Assembly (NCBI GenBank): GCA_051362555.1
Contig: CM120648.1
Location: 14,380,587 to 14,444,586 of the forward strand
Source: Lingula anatina
Taxonomy: Eukaryota; Animalia; Brachiopoda
Reading direction: 5' to 3'
Length of the DNA: 64,000 nucleotides
The translations under genes were made by a program, and so were the position numbers. The notes beneath the pieces were generated by a model. The model was not told where the DNA came from. It saw only the letters and a list, made by a program, of their open reading frames with translations, and did no database searches. Shown piece after piece: positions 50,423 to 62,923 of the stretch (position 1 is its first letter; each line of letters starts with the position of its first letter).

Positions 50423-50811
50423 TATCTCACTTCGTATCAAATTCATTTTTAATTTTAAAAATAAGATAAAATTATCTTTTTGTCCTTCAAACCGTACTAT
50501 TTAAGTCCATTGCCTATGTGGACAGTTCGGCAATTCGGCTCATTCATTAGCACTTCTGTTTTGTTTTCTGATGTATATTCTGGATTGTCGCGCAAATAAG
50601 CCCCAGTGCATAAATGAAAATGTGCAATATATCGTGAAAGTCGGCAAACATACTTGATGTGAAAATAAATCGCTGACAGTTTGTGTACTTCAAACATAGC
50701 AAACTGACTCCACGTAAATTCAGTCGGCACTTTATGTTTCATTTTTAACCTATTTTAATTTTAGTTCCTTTCGTAGCGTTGACGGTCATCTTCAAAGTTA
50801 ATCTTTAACAC

Positions 50812-51030
50812 CCCATTTCCATAGATTTTTAGATCGATCTATTCCTGTGGGGAGTCTCACTAGATTACTGTCAGCTTGGCCGGCTTAAGCGTCTGTCCCG
50901 CCTACTAAAAGCTGTAAGGGGGTAATTAACTATGGTGCCCGCTCGGCTGACTGCAATTTAGCGTGAACCCCCAGGGCGTTAGGTCGATCTAAATTTTAAT
51001 CTTTAGATCGTTCTAAATCTGTGGGAAAGC
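50812..51030. repeat. Family P-related palindromic element
   Basis: Colinear with 38495-38719. Confidence 0.7.
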
Positions 51031-52516
51031 ATCCTATGAATTACTACAGTTGAAACATACGGTACAAAAAGATAATCTGTACAGGGTTTTTTTAGAGACA
51101 AAAATTTGTATAATCTGGTGTGTTAAAGTTAAAGGGCACCTGTAAACACCCGAACGCTCTCAAAACTCAATTTCTCCGATTCTCCCAAACCTTTTATACC
51201 ATCATCATACCCTCACCCCATCATTTTGTGCCGTTTTATTTCAACATATTTCCTTTAATCCAATTTTCTCTACTGAAAGGTTCGTCGCCATCTAATTTAA
51301 ATTAAAATAGCATGTTGTCATTTCCAATTTCCATTTCTTTATAAACATTTCAGGGTGATGTGTGGAGTCTGTCACAATCATGGTTGAGACAGCATCAATA
51401 TCAACACACCACAACCTGTGGCCACCCTCTACCAGGGCCATAGATTGATTTTTACTAGATATTCAAAGATGCATCTCTGGTTAAATAGATGGCTAATCTC
51501 TGTACTGTAAAAAAAAAAAAAAATAAAATGTCCACAGCATAATAACTGCGGCCTTGATAGAGGGAAGCCTTTGGCCCATTTTCCGTATAAACTGAGATTG
51601 TTCATTTGAAATGTCTTCACAGTGGCAGTGAACATATTTTGCGCTAGCGAGAAAGATTAAGAGGTTAAAAACGAGTGCGAGAAAGAGTGGGAACAGAAAA
51701 GTTAAAATAGGTTTAGTCGAGGCATTAATGAAATCAAAAACCAAATTAATTCAATTATAAGCAGGAAAATTTTGATGGACAATATTAAATTACACACAAG
51801 TATCTAGTACGAATGTCGGAGATCGACATTGGGGGGATAATCATTATCAGCGTTCTGCTAAAGCCTAGGCTACATTTTTCTCAAACGCCATATGGAATTG
51901 AAATCAATTTTCCGTATTTTTTGCACTGTAAAAGTGTCTATGGACTAGCATGCTTATACGTTCGGCACGGGCGCCGTTCCATTTGTCCCACATGACTTTG
52001 AGGTTAAGTATAACGGACGCCGCACGAGTGATGGCATATGGGCAATACATAGACACCGTACGGACATCGTATACTACAAATGTACACTAGGATTAGATAT
52101 CTGGTAAATTTTTAATATATTGGTCGGGAATTATGCGTACAGTTTTTGAAATATTTGCGGGCGCACCTGAGAGAAATTTCGGTCACATATTTTTATCATT
52201 ATCAAAAACTGTTTGTGTGTGGAGTGAGTATTATGCAGGGCTGACACTTGCACGACTTTTGGCCCCGATTTTGTCTTCGCAAGTCGTGCCATTTTGGGGC
52301 ACGAATTGGGAGGCTCCCACACTGTTCCCGACTAGTTCACGCATAGTTTACGACGAGTTCACAACGAGCTAACGAACAGATCACGAATTCGTGTCCACAT
52401 TGACACGAACTGGCACAAGTTCACGCATAGTTTGCGCATATTTTACGCACTTCCCGCAGTGGCACGACGAGTTTGCGCAATTCGGACGGTGTCGTGCCGA
52501 CTTGGGCAAGCAATAT

Positions 52517-54910
52517 AACAAGGCAGCAAAGCTGTCAAATGTACAGACAAAAAAAACCCAGAAAATAAAGATGCAAAATAGGTCATTTTGTCAATTTTGA
52601 TGCAATAATAAATAATGCTTGTAATAGCACTGTCAGTCACTCTGAATTTTAATCATGCACAACAGGTAACATGGTCAATAACAGGAGCGGACCCAGAGAT
52701 ATATTCTGACAGCATTCCAAAGTATCTATGTTGATCTATCCTCCATTTTGATGGTCTTCCAACAAGAAAAAAAATAGATACCGCTCAATATAAACTTAAA
52801 AACCTGACCGTCTTCCGGAAGACCCAGAAGATAGTCAGATAGTCTCAATCCACCCCTTCAATAAGATTACAGTTTCAGGATCATGAGTTTTCAAATTCAC
52901 ATGATGAAAGTCCCAATGTTTGAAAAATGATGACAGTGCATAAAATAATATTACATAATGTTTAAAGACATAAAAACCAATACAACTGCTTATGTGGAAA
53001 TACAGAAAATGTGCAGGCGTATGGGAGTTAAAAGTCACAAATGCCAGTGTTTGAGAAAAAATTAAAAAAGGAAAACATAACAAAACTAGAAAAGCACTCC
53101 AAGAGCCCAGACCTCTGCCAAGGCAGCAATTTTTTATTATTATTGATTATTGATTGATTATTGATCCAGACCACCAAATTTCATCAAAATTGGTCCGTAA
53201 CTTTTGGAGTTATGTTGATGATAGACAAACAGGGGTGAAAACATAACCTCCTTGGCAGAGGTAAATATAATTCCAATGAAGCTGCTATTCAAACTTTTAA
53301 TCTTTGACCAACAAAATTTACCTGCATAATTATCACTGCTTCCTTATTAATAATCTAGCAGAGAGCTTAACCTTTGGGACTTTACAGGGAAATACCAACA
53401 AGTGTGCTTTATGCAATCTCATTTAATGGCCTATTAATTAGGCAAATGACTTTATAACTCTCAAATTAATCTACTGATACCCAAGGGAAATTTACAGACT
53501 GACCCTCTCAAAGGTCTTCAGGCCCATAAGTCACACCTTACGAAAAGCACAAAACAATAATGCACAAAATAGGAGACTACCAATTCTGATGCAATAATAC
53601 ATTGTTTAACTGCACAGTCAACATCAAATTTTAATTATGCACAACAAGTAACACCGATGAAAGTAAAAGCATAAGGCTTCAGGCCCATCAGAGTTCATGT
53701 TTATACTTAAAAAGTGCCAGAATGAGAAAAATGAAAATTTCACAAAAGATGCATGAATTTAATAAAAAATGATAATCCAATGGAGCTGGTTTTTTAATAT
53801 GAAAGATAAAAATTTTCACAAAAAAAAAAAAAAAAAAAAACTCTATAACTTCCAGAAAATTAACTAATGAGACAGATTTTCCAACTGAAGCTGTATTTCA
53901 GTCCTATGTTTCTTTCCTTTAAGTGTGAAAAGAGCAAGTGACATGGTTTTCCTTTCAGGCAGTGCCCAAAATAGGGTTTTGTTCAATTTTGATGCAATAT
54001 TACACAATGCTTAACCGCATAATAACCATCAGTTTTTTAATGATAAAATAAAACTATCATGGATATTCAAGCAAATGTGACTAGCCCATAGAGTTCAGAG
54101 TCACACTTTGAAAATCCCAAAATCTAAACAAGAGAAAACTGTATTGAAAAGAGTTTTATTTCCATTTTCAACACCTTTTTTACATAAAACAAAATAATCG
54201 ATTTACTGTCATTTTTATATGATCAATTAAAATATGTTGTCAAAGGAAAAATATCAATAGAACAAATTTAAATGTCCAACTTGCTCCATTCTGAGATTCT
54301 TAACTTGGTGAATGATTGAATCTGACGAACTGCAATGATATGAGTGTTATTCCATTTTTGATACTTTATTACACAATGCACAATAAAAGGTGTACCGTCA
54401 TTTTTATATAATCAACTAACAATTTTGTAAAGAAGCAGAAAATGTCAAAACAACACTTTTACATATCTAATTAGTTCCATAATGAGACTGTTAACATGCC
54501 TAAGAATTAAATCTGAAGAAAAACTACTTATATACAAAAGGCTAAAAACTTCATCAAAACTTAACTGATCAAGTTTATTTTCAAACTTGATCTGTATACT
54601 AGTCAGACTGATCACACCTGTGAGTTTCAAGGCAAAAGGCTAATTGGTTTTCCTTAAAATGCGTTATCAGTGTTGCATTTATGCTGAATAATGGAAAAAA
54701 CAGAATAACTTTCCTAAAAATGGCCCGATCATGCTGATTTTCGAAATAGACCTGCGCATTATGAATATTCATCAATTCTGTAAGTTTCAAACCAAAAGAA
54801 AAAACGGTTTTCCACTTATCGTGTTATTGGTAAAAGTGCACGGCGACAACGACGGCGACGACAGACGCAGGTGATGGCTATATGTACAGACACATCTGTG
54901 TCTGTACATT
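52517..54910 (-). mobile_element. HINE-A complete copy nested in the Harbinger; carries HINE-C at 53084-53263
   Basis: Both diagnostic termini present (aacaaggcagcaaagctgtcaaatgtacagaca; atgtacagacacatctgtgtctgtacat). Confidence 0.78.
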
Positions 54911-55410
54911 ACCGCATAATAACCATCAGTTTTTTAATGATAAAATAAAACTATCATGGATATTCAAGCAAATGTGACTAGCCCATAGAGTTCAGAGTCA
55001 CACTTTGAAAATCCCAAAATCTAAACAAGAGAAAACTGTATTGAAAAGAGTTTTATTTCCATTTTCAACACCTTTTTTACATAAAACAAAATAATCGATT
55101 TACTGTCATTTTTATATGATCAATTAAAATATGTTGTCAAAGGAAAAATATCAATAGAACAAATTTAAATGTCCAACTTGCTCCATTCTGAGATTCTTAA
55201 CTTGGTGAATGATTGAATCTGACGAACTGCAATGATATGAGTGTTATTCCATTTTTGATACTTTATTACACAATGCACAATAAAAGGTGTACCGTCATTT
55301 TTATATAATCAACTAACAATTTTGTAAAGAAGCAGAAAATGTCAAAACAACACTTTTACATATCTAATTAGTTCCATAATGAGACTGTTAACATGCCTAA
55401 GAATTAAATC
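54911..55410 (+). repeat. 500-bp direct duplicate of 54014-54513
   Basis: Constant 897-bp offset at both ends; no differences noticed by eye. Confidence 0.9.
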
Positions 55411-55467
55411 AAAAGGGGGCCTCCCCAACCCCTGGTCATTTTTGGATTGGCTTTGGAAGAGAGAACA

Positions 55468-56700
55468 TGATGAATGCCAGAGACACAATCATTGCAGAGA
55501 AGAGAAGATGCCTATAGCTGGCAGCTGCTCTAGCCGTTTTTGAAGAGTAGCAGAAAAGGCTGGAAGAGGCAGAAGAGCAAGAAAAGGCAATCCCACCTCT
55601 AATAAAGACATATAGGAAAGTGTAGGCCAAGGAATGGTTGACCAGAAGGCACGAGTTTGGACAGTATGACAGTCTACTGAATGAACTCCACAAGGAAGAT
55701 CAAAGGGGCCAAAAAAATTACCTCAGAATCACACCTGACCTGTTCCAAGAGATGGTTGTGAAGTTAACCCCTCGCCTCCAGAAGCAGTCCACCTTCATGA
55801 GGGCACTGCTTCAAGTTAGACTCAAGCTGGCTGCCACCCTCCGCTTCCTAGCCACTGGAAATTCCTATCCAAGTCTGCAGTACAGTTTCAGGGTTGAAGC
55901 AAGTACCATCTGCAAGTGCATACCTGAGGTGTGTAAAGCCATCATCGCGGTCTACAAGGACGAAGTGCTAAGCTGCTACAAAACTGAAGAGGAGTGGAAG
56001 GACGTTGCTGCCAGGTTCAGCTCCAGATGGAACTACCACAACTGTCTGGGGGCTGTGGACGGCAAGCACATCGCAATTAAGAAGCCACCCAATGCTGGCT
56101 CTTACTACTACTACTACTACAAGGGCTTCCACAGCATTGTACTGATGGCAGTGGCAGATGCTACCTACAAGTTCCTCTATGTGCATGTTAGGGCAGTGGG
56201 TGGTGCGTAGGATGGAGGAACATGGAGTAACTGTTACCTGTATGATGCTGTAGAAGAGAACAGAGCTGGAGTCCCTCAACCAGAACCACTCGCTAATGAT
56301 GACCAGCCAGTGCCCTATCACTTCGTAAAGGTGAAGCCTTTGCTCTCCGAAACTGGATGATGAAATCATTCTCCCATCGGTCACAGGTCCTACGAGAACG
56401 CATATACAGCTACAGGCTGTCTCGTGCCCGACGTGTCGTGGAGAATGCCTTTAGATTTTTGTGTCAAAGGTTCCGTTGCTTCTTGACGATGATGCATTAG
56501 CACCCCGACACCATCACACTGATCACCATGTGCGCCTGTGATTTGCACAACCTCATCCTCATCAGATACCCACACGCAATTTCAGAAGTGGACCGCAAAG
56601 ATCCGGACACACATGATCCGATCACTGGTGGATGGAGGACTGACCGACACCTGCAGGGGCTGCTGCCTCTAACTGGCCATGACTAGCCGAGACTAACTAT
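55468..56700 (+). pseudogene. Harbinger (HARBI1-like DDE) transposase pseudogene
   Basis: LAATLRFLATGNSYPSLQYSFRV...WNYHNCLGAVDGKHIAIKKP...YKGFHSIVLMAVADA, and downstream YRLSRARRVVENA; in-frame stops and frameshifts. Confidence 0.9.
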
Positions 56701-59250
56701 CACATTACTACATGTTCCCTGCTGGTGCTGTCCCTTGGCAAGAAAGAATGGTAGTAGCTCCATGAGCTGCATCTACAGTTGTTCCATTTTTGAAATAAAA
56801 GAAATGAAACTTCCCCCTCCCCCACCAAAAAAGTAAAGAAGAAATAGGAAATAAAAGACATTAAAGAAAGGAAGTCAGAAAAAATTTAAAAACTGAAAAG
56901 AAATAATGAGAAAAGAAGTCCCCTCCCCCACTCACCAAAAAGAAAGAAAGAAAGAAAGAAACGAAGAAATGAAAGTAAACAAAAAGAGAAAGGAAGAGAA
57001 AGAGAAACGGAAAAGAAACGCAAGAAACGAAGGATTTCGTTTTTGGGTGAGGGGACTTTCTTGAGAGGGGAGGGAGTGGGGGGGAGCTTTGTTGTTGTTT
57101 TTTTTTTGTTTTGGTTTTTTTTTTTTTTTTCGTTGTCCTTGTGTTGGGAAGGCACGGCAATGCTGCGACGGACACCAATTCGTGAACATGTCGTGAACTC
57201 GACGTGAGCTGTTCGTGAACTATTAGTGGTAGTTCGTAACAGTCGTGGCATGGCGCGCACTTCCACGCACTGGCACGCATCCTCCCGCATCGTCCCGACG
57301 AGTTCACGACGAGTTCACGAACAGTTTGTGCATAGCTCACGACGCGGTTGCGAAATTTTGTCGTGACCAAAATTTTAAACATTTCAAAATTCTCGTCCCG
57401 ACATGGCACGCGGTCACGACGGGTTTACGCACACTTCACGCCAGTTAACGACCAGTTTGAGCGTACCACAGAATCGTGCAAGTGTCAGCCTTGCTATACT
57501 TATATACATGTACAGCCTATGTCAGTAATTACATTGCCTTCTATACTACCACTATAAATACTACTATAACTACCACAGTGGACGACTTCATCCTGTAGGT
57601 CTACTACTACATGCACTGCTACTTTTACTTACACCGCCACAAGTATGCTGAGGTGAGTTTCCAGAAACCTCTTACATACTGTCGTGGACAACCTGAAAAT
57701 ATTTGTTCCCCTTGACTTAGTACGAATGTTGTAAGGAACTGATCTTTTTGTGTCTCCCTTCCTCTCCCCTACATCCATCCCCGTTATCCTACCCCCTTCC
57801 CCCACCACATTCCCATTCAAACACTCTAATCATTGCAATACACGTACATGCTATCTCCCTCCCCGTCTCACGTTATGTCTTCACTAACACAATGGGCTGA
57901 TATTTGTGGAATCCGTCACAATCATGGTTGAGACAGCATCAAAATCAGCTGGAGCGGAGTTTCACTTGTATTGTTGAAGGAAGGACACTAGTAACCCCTA
58001 CCAGGGCCACACAGAGAATTGTTCATTAAAATGTCTCATATATTTTTCTGGCCAATTATCCACCAGTCTTTGGTGGAGAAGCGAGAAACTTTGAAAACAA
58101 AAATAATAAAACGCCCTCCCCCCCGCCCCCCCCCCCCCCCCCCCCCTCCGTAGAAGGACTACCTATTGGTCATATTGGCTGCCCTCCTCACCTTCGGCTC
58201 CGTGGCAGAATATAGCATAATTTATTTGTATGATATGATCTTTTAGTGTATTCATTACAGACAGGAGCGATGCATAACTTTAATTTGATTTTCTTAGCTA
58301 TGCTGTGATTTAGTTTCGAATTTTTAAAAGCAATATGTGATACATGTAGGCCTAAGTGAGTTGCACTTTTTGTCTGTGGCAGTTCCCAAAGATTGTTAAC
58401 TGAGATGACAGGTTAGAGTTATCCTTTGAGTCTGAATTGAGGTCGTCTTCCGAAGAGCGGTACCTTTTACTGGACCGGTCCATTTTAAGAGACTTGACTT
58501 GACATGTACATAAGAGTGTTACCTAAATGGACCCCCTCCCTCCTCTCTCGACACGGTTGGGTGATAAATTGGCAGCTTTAAAGCGGGAAGCAGTTCAGAA
58601 GAACTTGGGAAAGATAGTAAAAGCCTCTGCAGAGAATTTACGTGTTATAAAAGTTAAAAGTTAGTTTTATAAAATTATTATTTATTTAACCTGTTATTCA
58701 ATAACCTCACTAACATGAAATGCAGATAAATTGATGTCTGTTTGCTCTCAGAAAAAAAACATAGAAAACGGTAGTAGTTGTTTGATAAAAATGACAAGAA
58801 TGGCAAATGACCAAATTTGCTTAAATAAATGTAATTAAGGTTGCCTCTCAGGTCTGTTTATGAGCGTAAGCAAACTTCCTGATTCTTGTAATTTATAGCC
58901 AATACTTTTGTTTTTATTTCATTTTCTGTCTCTTTTCATATATTCAGTAAAACATTCAAGAAATGTATAAATGTAATACATGTATAATATAGATAATTCA
59001 AAACCAGCGGTTTTTTTTTTTTGGGGGGGGGGGGGGGAGATGGGGTTGTCTTGCGGGGAATTGTTCGGTGGCGGATGCCTTGGGAGGATTGTCCAAGAGG
59101 AATTGTCCCGGGGGGGGGAGGGTTGTCTTGGGGGGATTGTTCGGGAGGAATTGTCCGGTGGGGGGTGGGGGTGTCCTAGAATCTTGTATCCAGCCAACTT
59201 TGACCCATTGCCATCATTGAAGAGGCAAGTCCTGATGTGTAGACTGTGTA

Positions 59251-59337
59251 CTGCCCCTCCCCACGGCCTTCTCCACGTCCCTGCCCCTCTCCACGGCCTT
59301 CTTCACGTCTCTACCCCCCCCGCGGCCTTCTCCACGT
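59251..59337. repeat. Tandem repeat of 30 bp, 3 copies
   Basis: ctgcccctc(c/t)ccacggccttctccacgtc-like unit recurring at 59251/59281/59311. Confidence 0.75.
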
Positions 59338-60209
59338 GAGGTACATAGTTGTATTTCATGCACCATTTCTATACTACGCGATCACAGCTGTGTGAACCAA
59401 GAATGGAGAAAGTTCGGCTAAATTCAATGAATTAATGCCAAAGCTTTAAATTTTTTTCTCAAGAAGATGTTTCTTTTAATTAAAAAAATGCAACATTTGA
59501 CAAGAGCCCTACAGAATGTGCAGTACGTTATGGGCACAGTGGGCACAGTGACTACATCATCAAAATCACAGAATATGTCCTTAATACTGAATTGCGAAAT
59601 GTCTGTTTTGTAAGAAAGAGAACATAAATTGAATGGAAACTGAGACTGTTAGCATAATTAAAACCAGGGGTGAGAAAGGACAGCGGTAAACCACTCTCTG
59701 TGCAGGTGTTCCGGCCACTTCTCTTGCTAATACTTGCTCTGTCACGCTCTCCTAACATTATGTGATATAGCAAGTCTTCAGTTTGCTCGAGTCCGTCACA
59801 ACACTTGTTTTCGATAATGATTTTAACCGGAAATTTTGGTGTTATAAATCTAGATGTGGCTTGCGCTTAGGAAAGAAAACAAGAAAATTGAATAGTTTCG
59901 CGTGTAGGCCTACGATATAAAGTGATAAAAGGCGTGCTAACATAAATAGGATATAAATTTGCAAATGGATAGGCCTACGCAAAATCAATGTAGATCTAAT
60001 TTAACGTTGTTATTTTCCGCAATGGACATCAAGCAATACAGGTAGGCCTACCGCGAAAACTAAAAATCAAAGGATCAAAGTCGAAATAACTTAAACGTAG
60101 CGTTGCACTAGGATGCGCTTGATGTGCCCGATTCTCCTCCGATGTAGTGTGTTAGTTGTGACAGATATGTTGATTGTGTTTTCACTGCGGGGTCTCTTTT
60201 CTCCAACAG

Positions 60210-60989
60210 GCTTCAGTCATCAGTATTTTCGGAAGTCAAACCTGGTCGTCGGGGAGACATTTATTTGTATGGGTTTATTGGACACCTGGCTGGATCGGAC
60301 ACACAGTATATATGAGTGAAAAATGGTAAATCACATGCCTAGAAAACTTTGTCTTGTTTTCTTAGAAAGTGTTTTCATAGTAGCAAAACTTCCAGGGATA
60401 CCTATCTGTTGCTGATTGTCAAACATGGTCATATAATATGGTCTAGTTAAGAAAATTTGAATGAACTTTTGAAAATTTTGTAAGAATTGCTGTTTTTCTC
60501 CCCATAAGGATGTTCAGTACTGAAGAAAAAGTAATTTATTTTAAAAAAGCAAAAGTAAAAAGCTGAAAATATAGATAAAATGCCAGGAGTGTAGCACTTT
60601 AGCTGCAATTGATTTAAATTTTTTTTAAATCACATTGTTTGAAAATTGTCCATCATATTTGTTCAACCTATCGCTTGTAAAAGTCCAATCTTACATCCCC
60701 CCCCCCCCAAAAAAAAAAAAAAAACCTGGGTTAAAGAGTAATTTTCTCCTACTCACTGACTACTGCTTAATCCATCCCTACACTTAAATTTGATGTTTTA
60801 TTCCATTTTAGGGAAAATGACAAGGCCAGTGAAATGGAACAACATCTTCTGTCACACACATTGCCTAGTTTTCATACAAGAAAATGGCAGGTTGTTCAGT
60901 ATTGCAGCCCTGTGCCATGTATAATGATGGACCATGCAAGCTGGCAATGGCTTCTCAAGGAGGCTGAGAAAATAATACTGACACTATAG
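60210..60989 (+). other. Possible non-coding or 5'-UTR exons (60210-60325, 60812-60989) of a plus-strand transcript
   Basis: Polypyrimidine acceptors (ctcttttctccaacag; ttccattttag) and donors (g|gtaaat; ag|gtatg) downstream of a CpG-enriched stretch. All three frames of the second exon contain stops. Confidence 0.35.
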
Positions 60990-61907
60990 GTATGCTTCAA
61001 ATAAACTTTTGATCTATTTTTTATGAAATGTAACTGTTACATGATGATTCTAAAAATCCGTATCACTTAATCAGTGCCTTGTTATTACAAATAGTAATGC
61101 TATAAGTGAAAATGGACCACAGTGAATCCAGTAGATCTTAGGAGACTGTCCATGCAGTTGGTCAGAAAGCTGAAAAGTTTATGGCAAAGATTGCACTACT
61201 AAGGGAGCCTTTGTTCAAATTTAATGACCAATATGAAATTTGCCAAAATAAAGCTGAGGCTATTTCTTTCTACAGTTTTCTTCTATGCTGTTACACCTAT
61301 AACTTCTTACATACTTTTTGAATTTTAAACCATTAGTTAAATTTACATTTTCTTTACATGTAATATCTACTCACACATGCCTTCAGGTGGCAAAGGGGTA
61401 TAAATGATGTTCCTTCTGTTGTGGTCTTCATGTCAAATATATACTGATGTCAAGAATGTAATACCATGGACAATTTTACAATCTGAACTTGCAAAATATG
61501 TTAACATCCTTGTAGTGGTCTAATGTAAAAGCTACAAACTTTATTTATCTTAGTGTCACAGAAAATAAAATCATGCCATTATTTCCTCTGTAAATGTATT
61601 TGTAAAATGTCACAAATCTGATACAACATGTATTTTCTATTTTAAATTGTATCTGCCTTCAGCTTGATTTTTTTTACGTTTGTCTGTCCTTAATACCCAT
61701 GGAAAATGTGACATAGCCTTGTTTAATAAATCTCTAGCTTAGTTTCTTATCACTTAAAAGTCATGCTATTAATTTAATCCAATAACACAAAGATGAAAAA
61801 GATGACATTTTGAGATCTAAGAAAGAATAAGCCATTATTTTTGTAAATGGTCCATATACTGAAGTTGTGGTGTAGTGAGAAAAATAAAGCACATTGGTTG
61901 TGAAGAA

Positions 61908-62923
61908 GGTATGATATCACTGATATAGTAGAAAAAGATTTATATACAGACACCTGTGACACCAGCACCCACAGGTAAATATCAGTACCACTATATATAT
62001 AGTGTATGGTGTCACTGATATAGTAGAAGAATATTTATATACAGACACCTGTGACACCAGCACCCACAGGTAAATATCAGTACCACTATATATACAGTGT
62101 ATGATATCACTGATATAGTAGAAGAATATTTATATACAGACACCTGTGACACCAGCACCCACAGGTAAATATCAGTACCACTATATATATAGTGTATGAT
62201 ATCACTGATATAGTAGAAGAATATTTATATACAGACACCTGTGACACCAGCACCCACAGGTAAATATCAGTACCACTATATATACAGTGTATGGTGTCAC
62301 TGATATAGTAGAAGAATATTTATATACAGACACCTGTGACACCAGCACCCACAGGTAAATATCAGTACCACTATATATACAGTGTATGATATCACTGATA
62401 TAGTAGAAGAATATTTATATACAGACACCTGTGACACCAGCACCCACAGGTAAATATCAGTACCACTATATATACAGTGTATGATATCACTGATATAGTA
62501 GAAGAATATTTATATACAGACATCTGTGACACCAGCACCCACAGGTAAATATCAGTACCACTATATATACTGTGTATGATATCACTGATATATATAGTAG
62601 AAGAATATTTATATACAGACACCTGTGACACCAGCACCCACAGGTAAATATCAGTACCACTATATATACAGTGTATGATGTCACTGATATTGTAGAAGAA
62701 TATTTATATACAGACACCTGTGACACCAGCACCCACAGGTAAATATCAGTACCACTATATATACAGTGTATGATATCACTGATATAGTAGAAGAATATTT
62801 ATATACAGACACCTGTGACACCAGCACCCACAGGTAAATATCAGTACCACTATATATACAGTGTATGATGTCACTGATATTGTAGAAGAATATTTATATA
62901 CAGACACCTGTGACTCCAGCACC
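61908..62923. repeat. 95-bp minisatellite, about 11 near-identical units
   Basis: cacctgtgac recurs at 61951, 62046, 62141, 62236, 62331, 62426, 62521, 62620, 62715, 62810 and 62905; one unit has a 4-bp TA expansion. Confidence 0.95.

Larger units (their letters stand above)
52238..57490 (+). mobile_element. PIF/Harbinger transposon interrupted by nested insertions
   Basis: TIRs ggctgacacttgcacga and tcgtgcaagtgtcagcc; CpG-rich cacga/ttcacg subterminal repeats at both ends; transposase pseudogene inside. TSD unclear (possibly tgc). Confidence 0.85.

Noticed and set aside
56861-57409. 182-aa and overlapping ORFs as genes
   Set aside because: They are low-complexity translations of Harbinger subterminal repeats and purine or T tracts.
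59030-59175. G-rich ggaattgtcc repeats as a functional G-quadruplex element
   Set aside because: More simply a transposon subterminal repeat remnant; there is no independent support.
61908-62923. CRISPR array
   Set aside because: The units are identical along their whole length with no unique spacers, there are no cas genes, and the context is eukaryotic.
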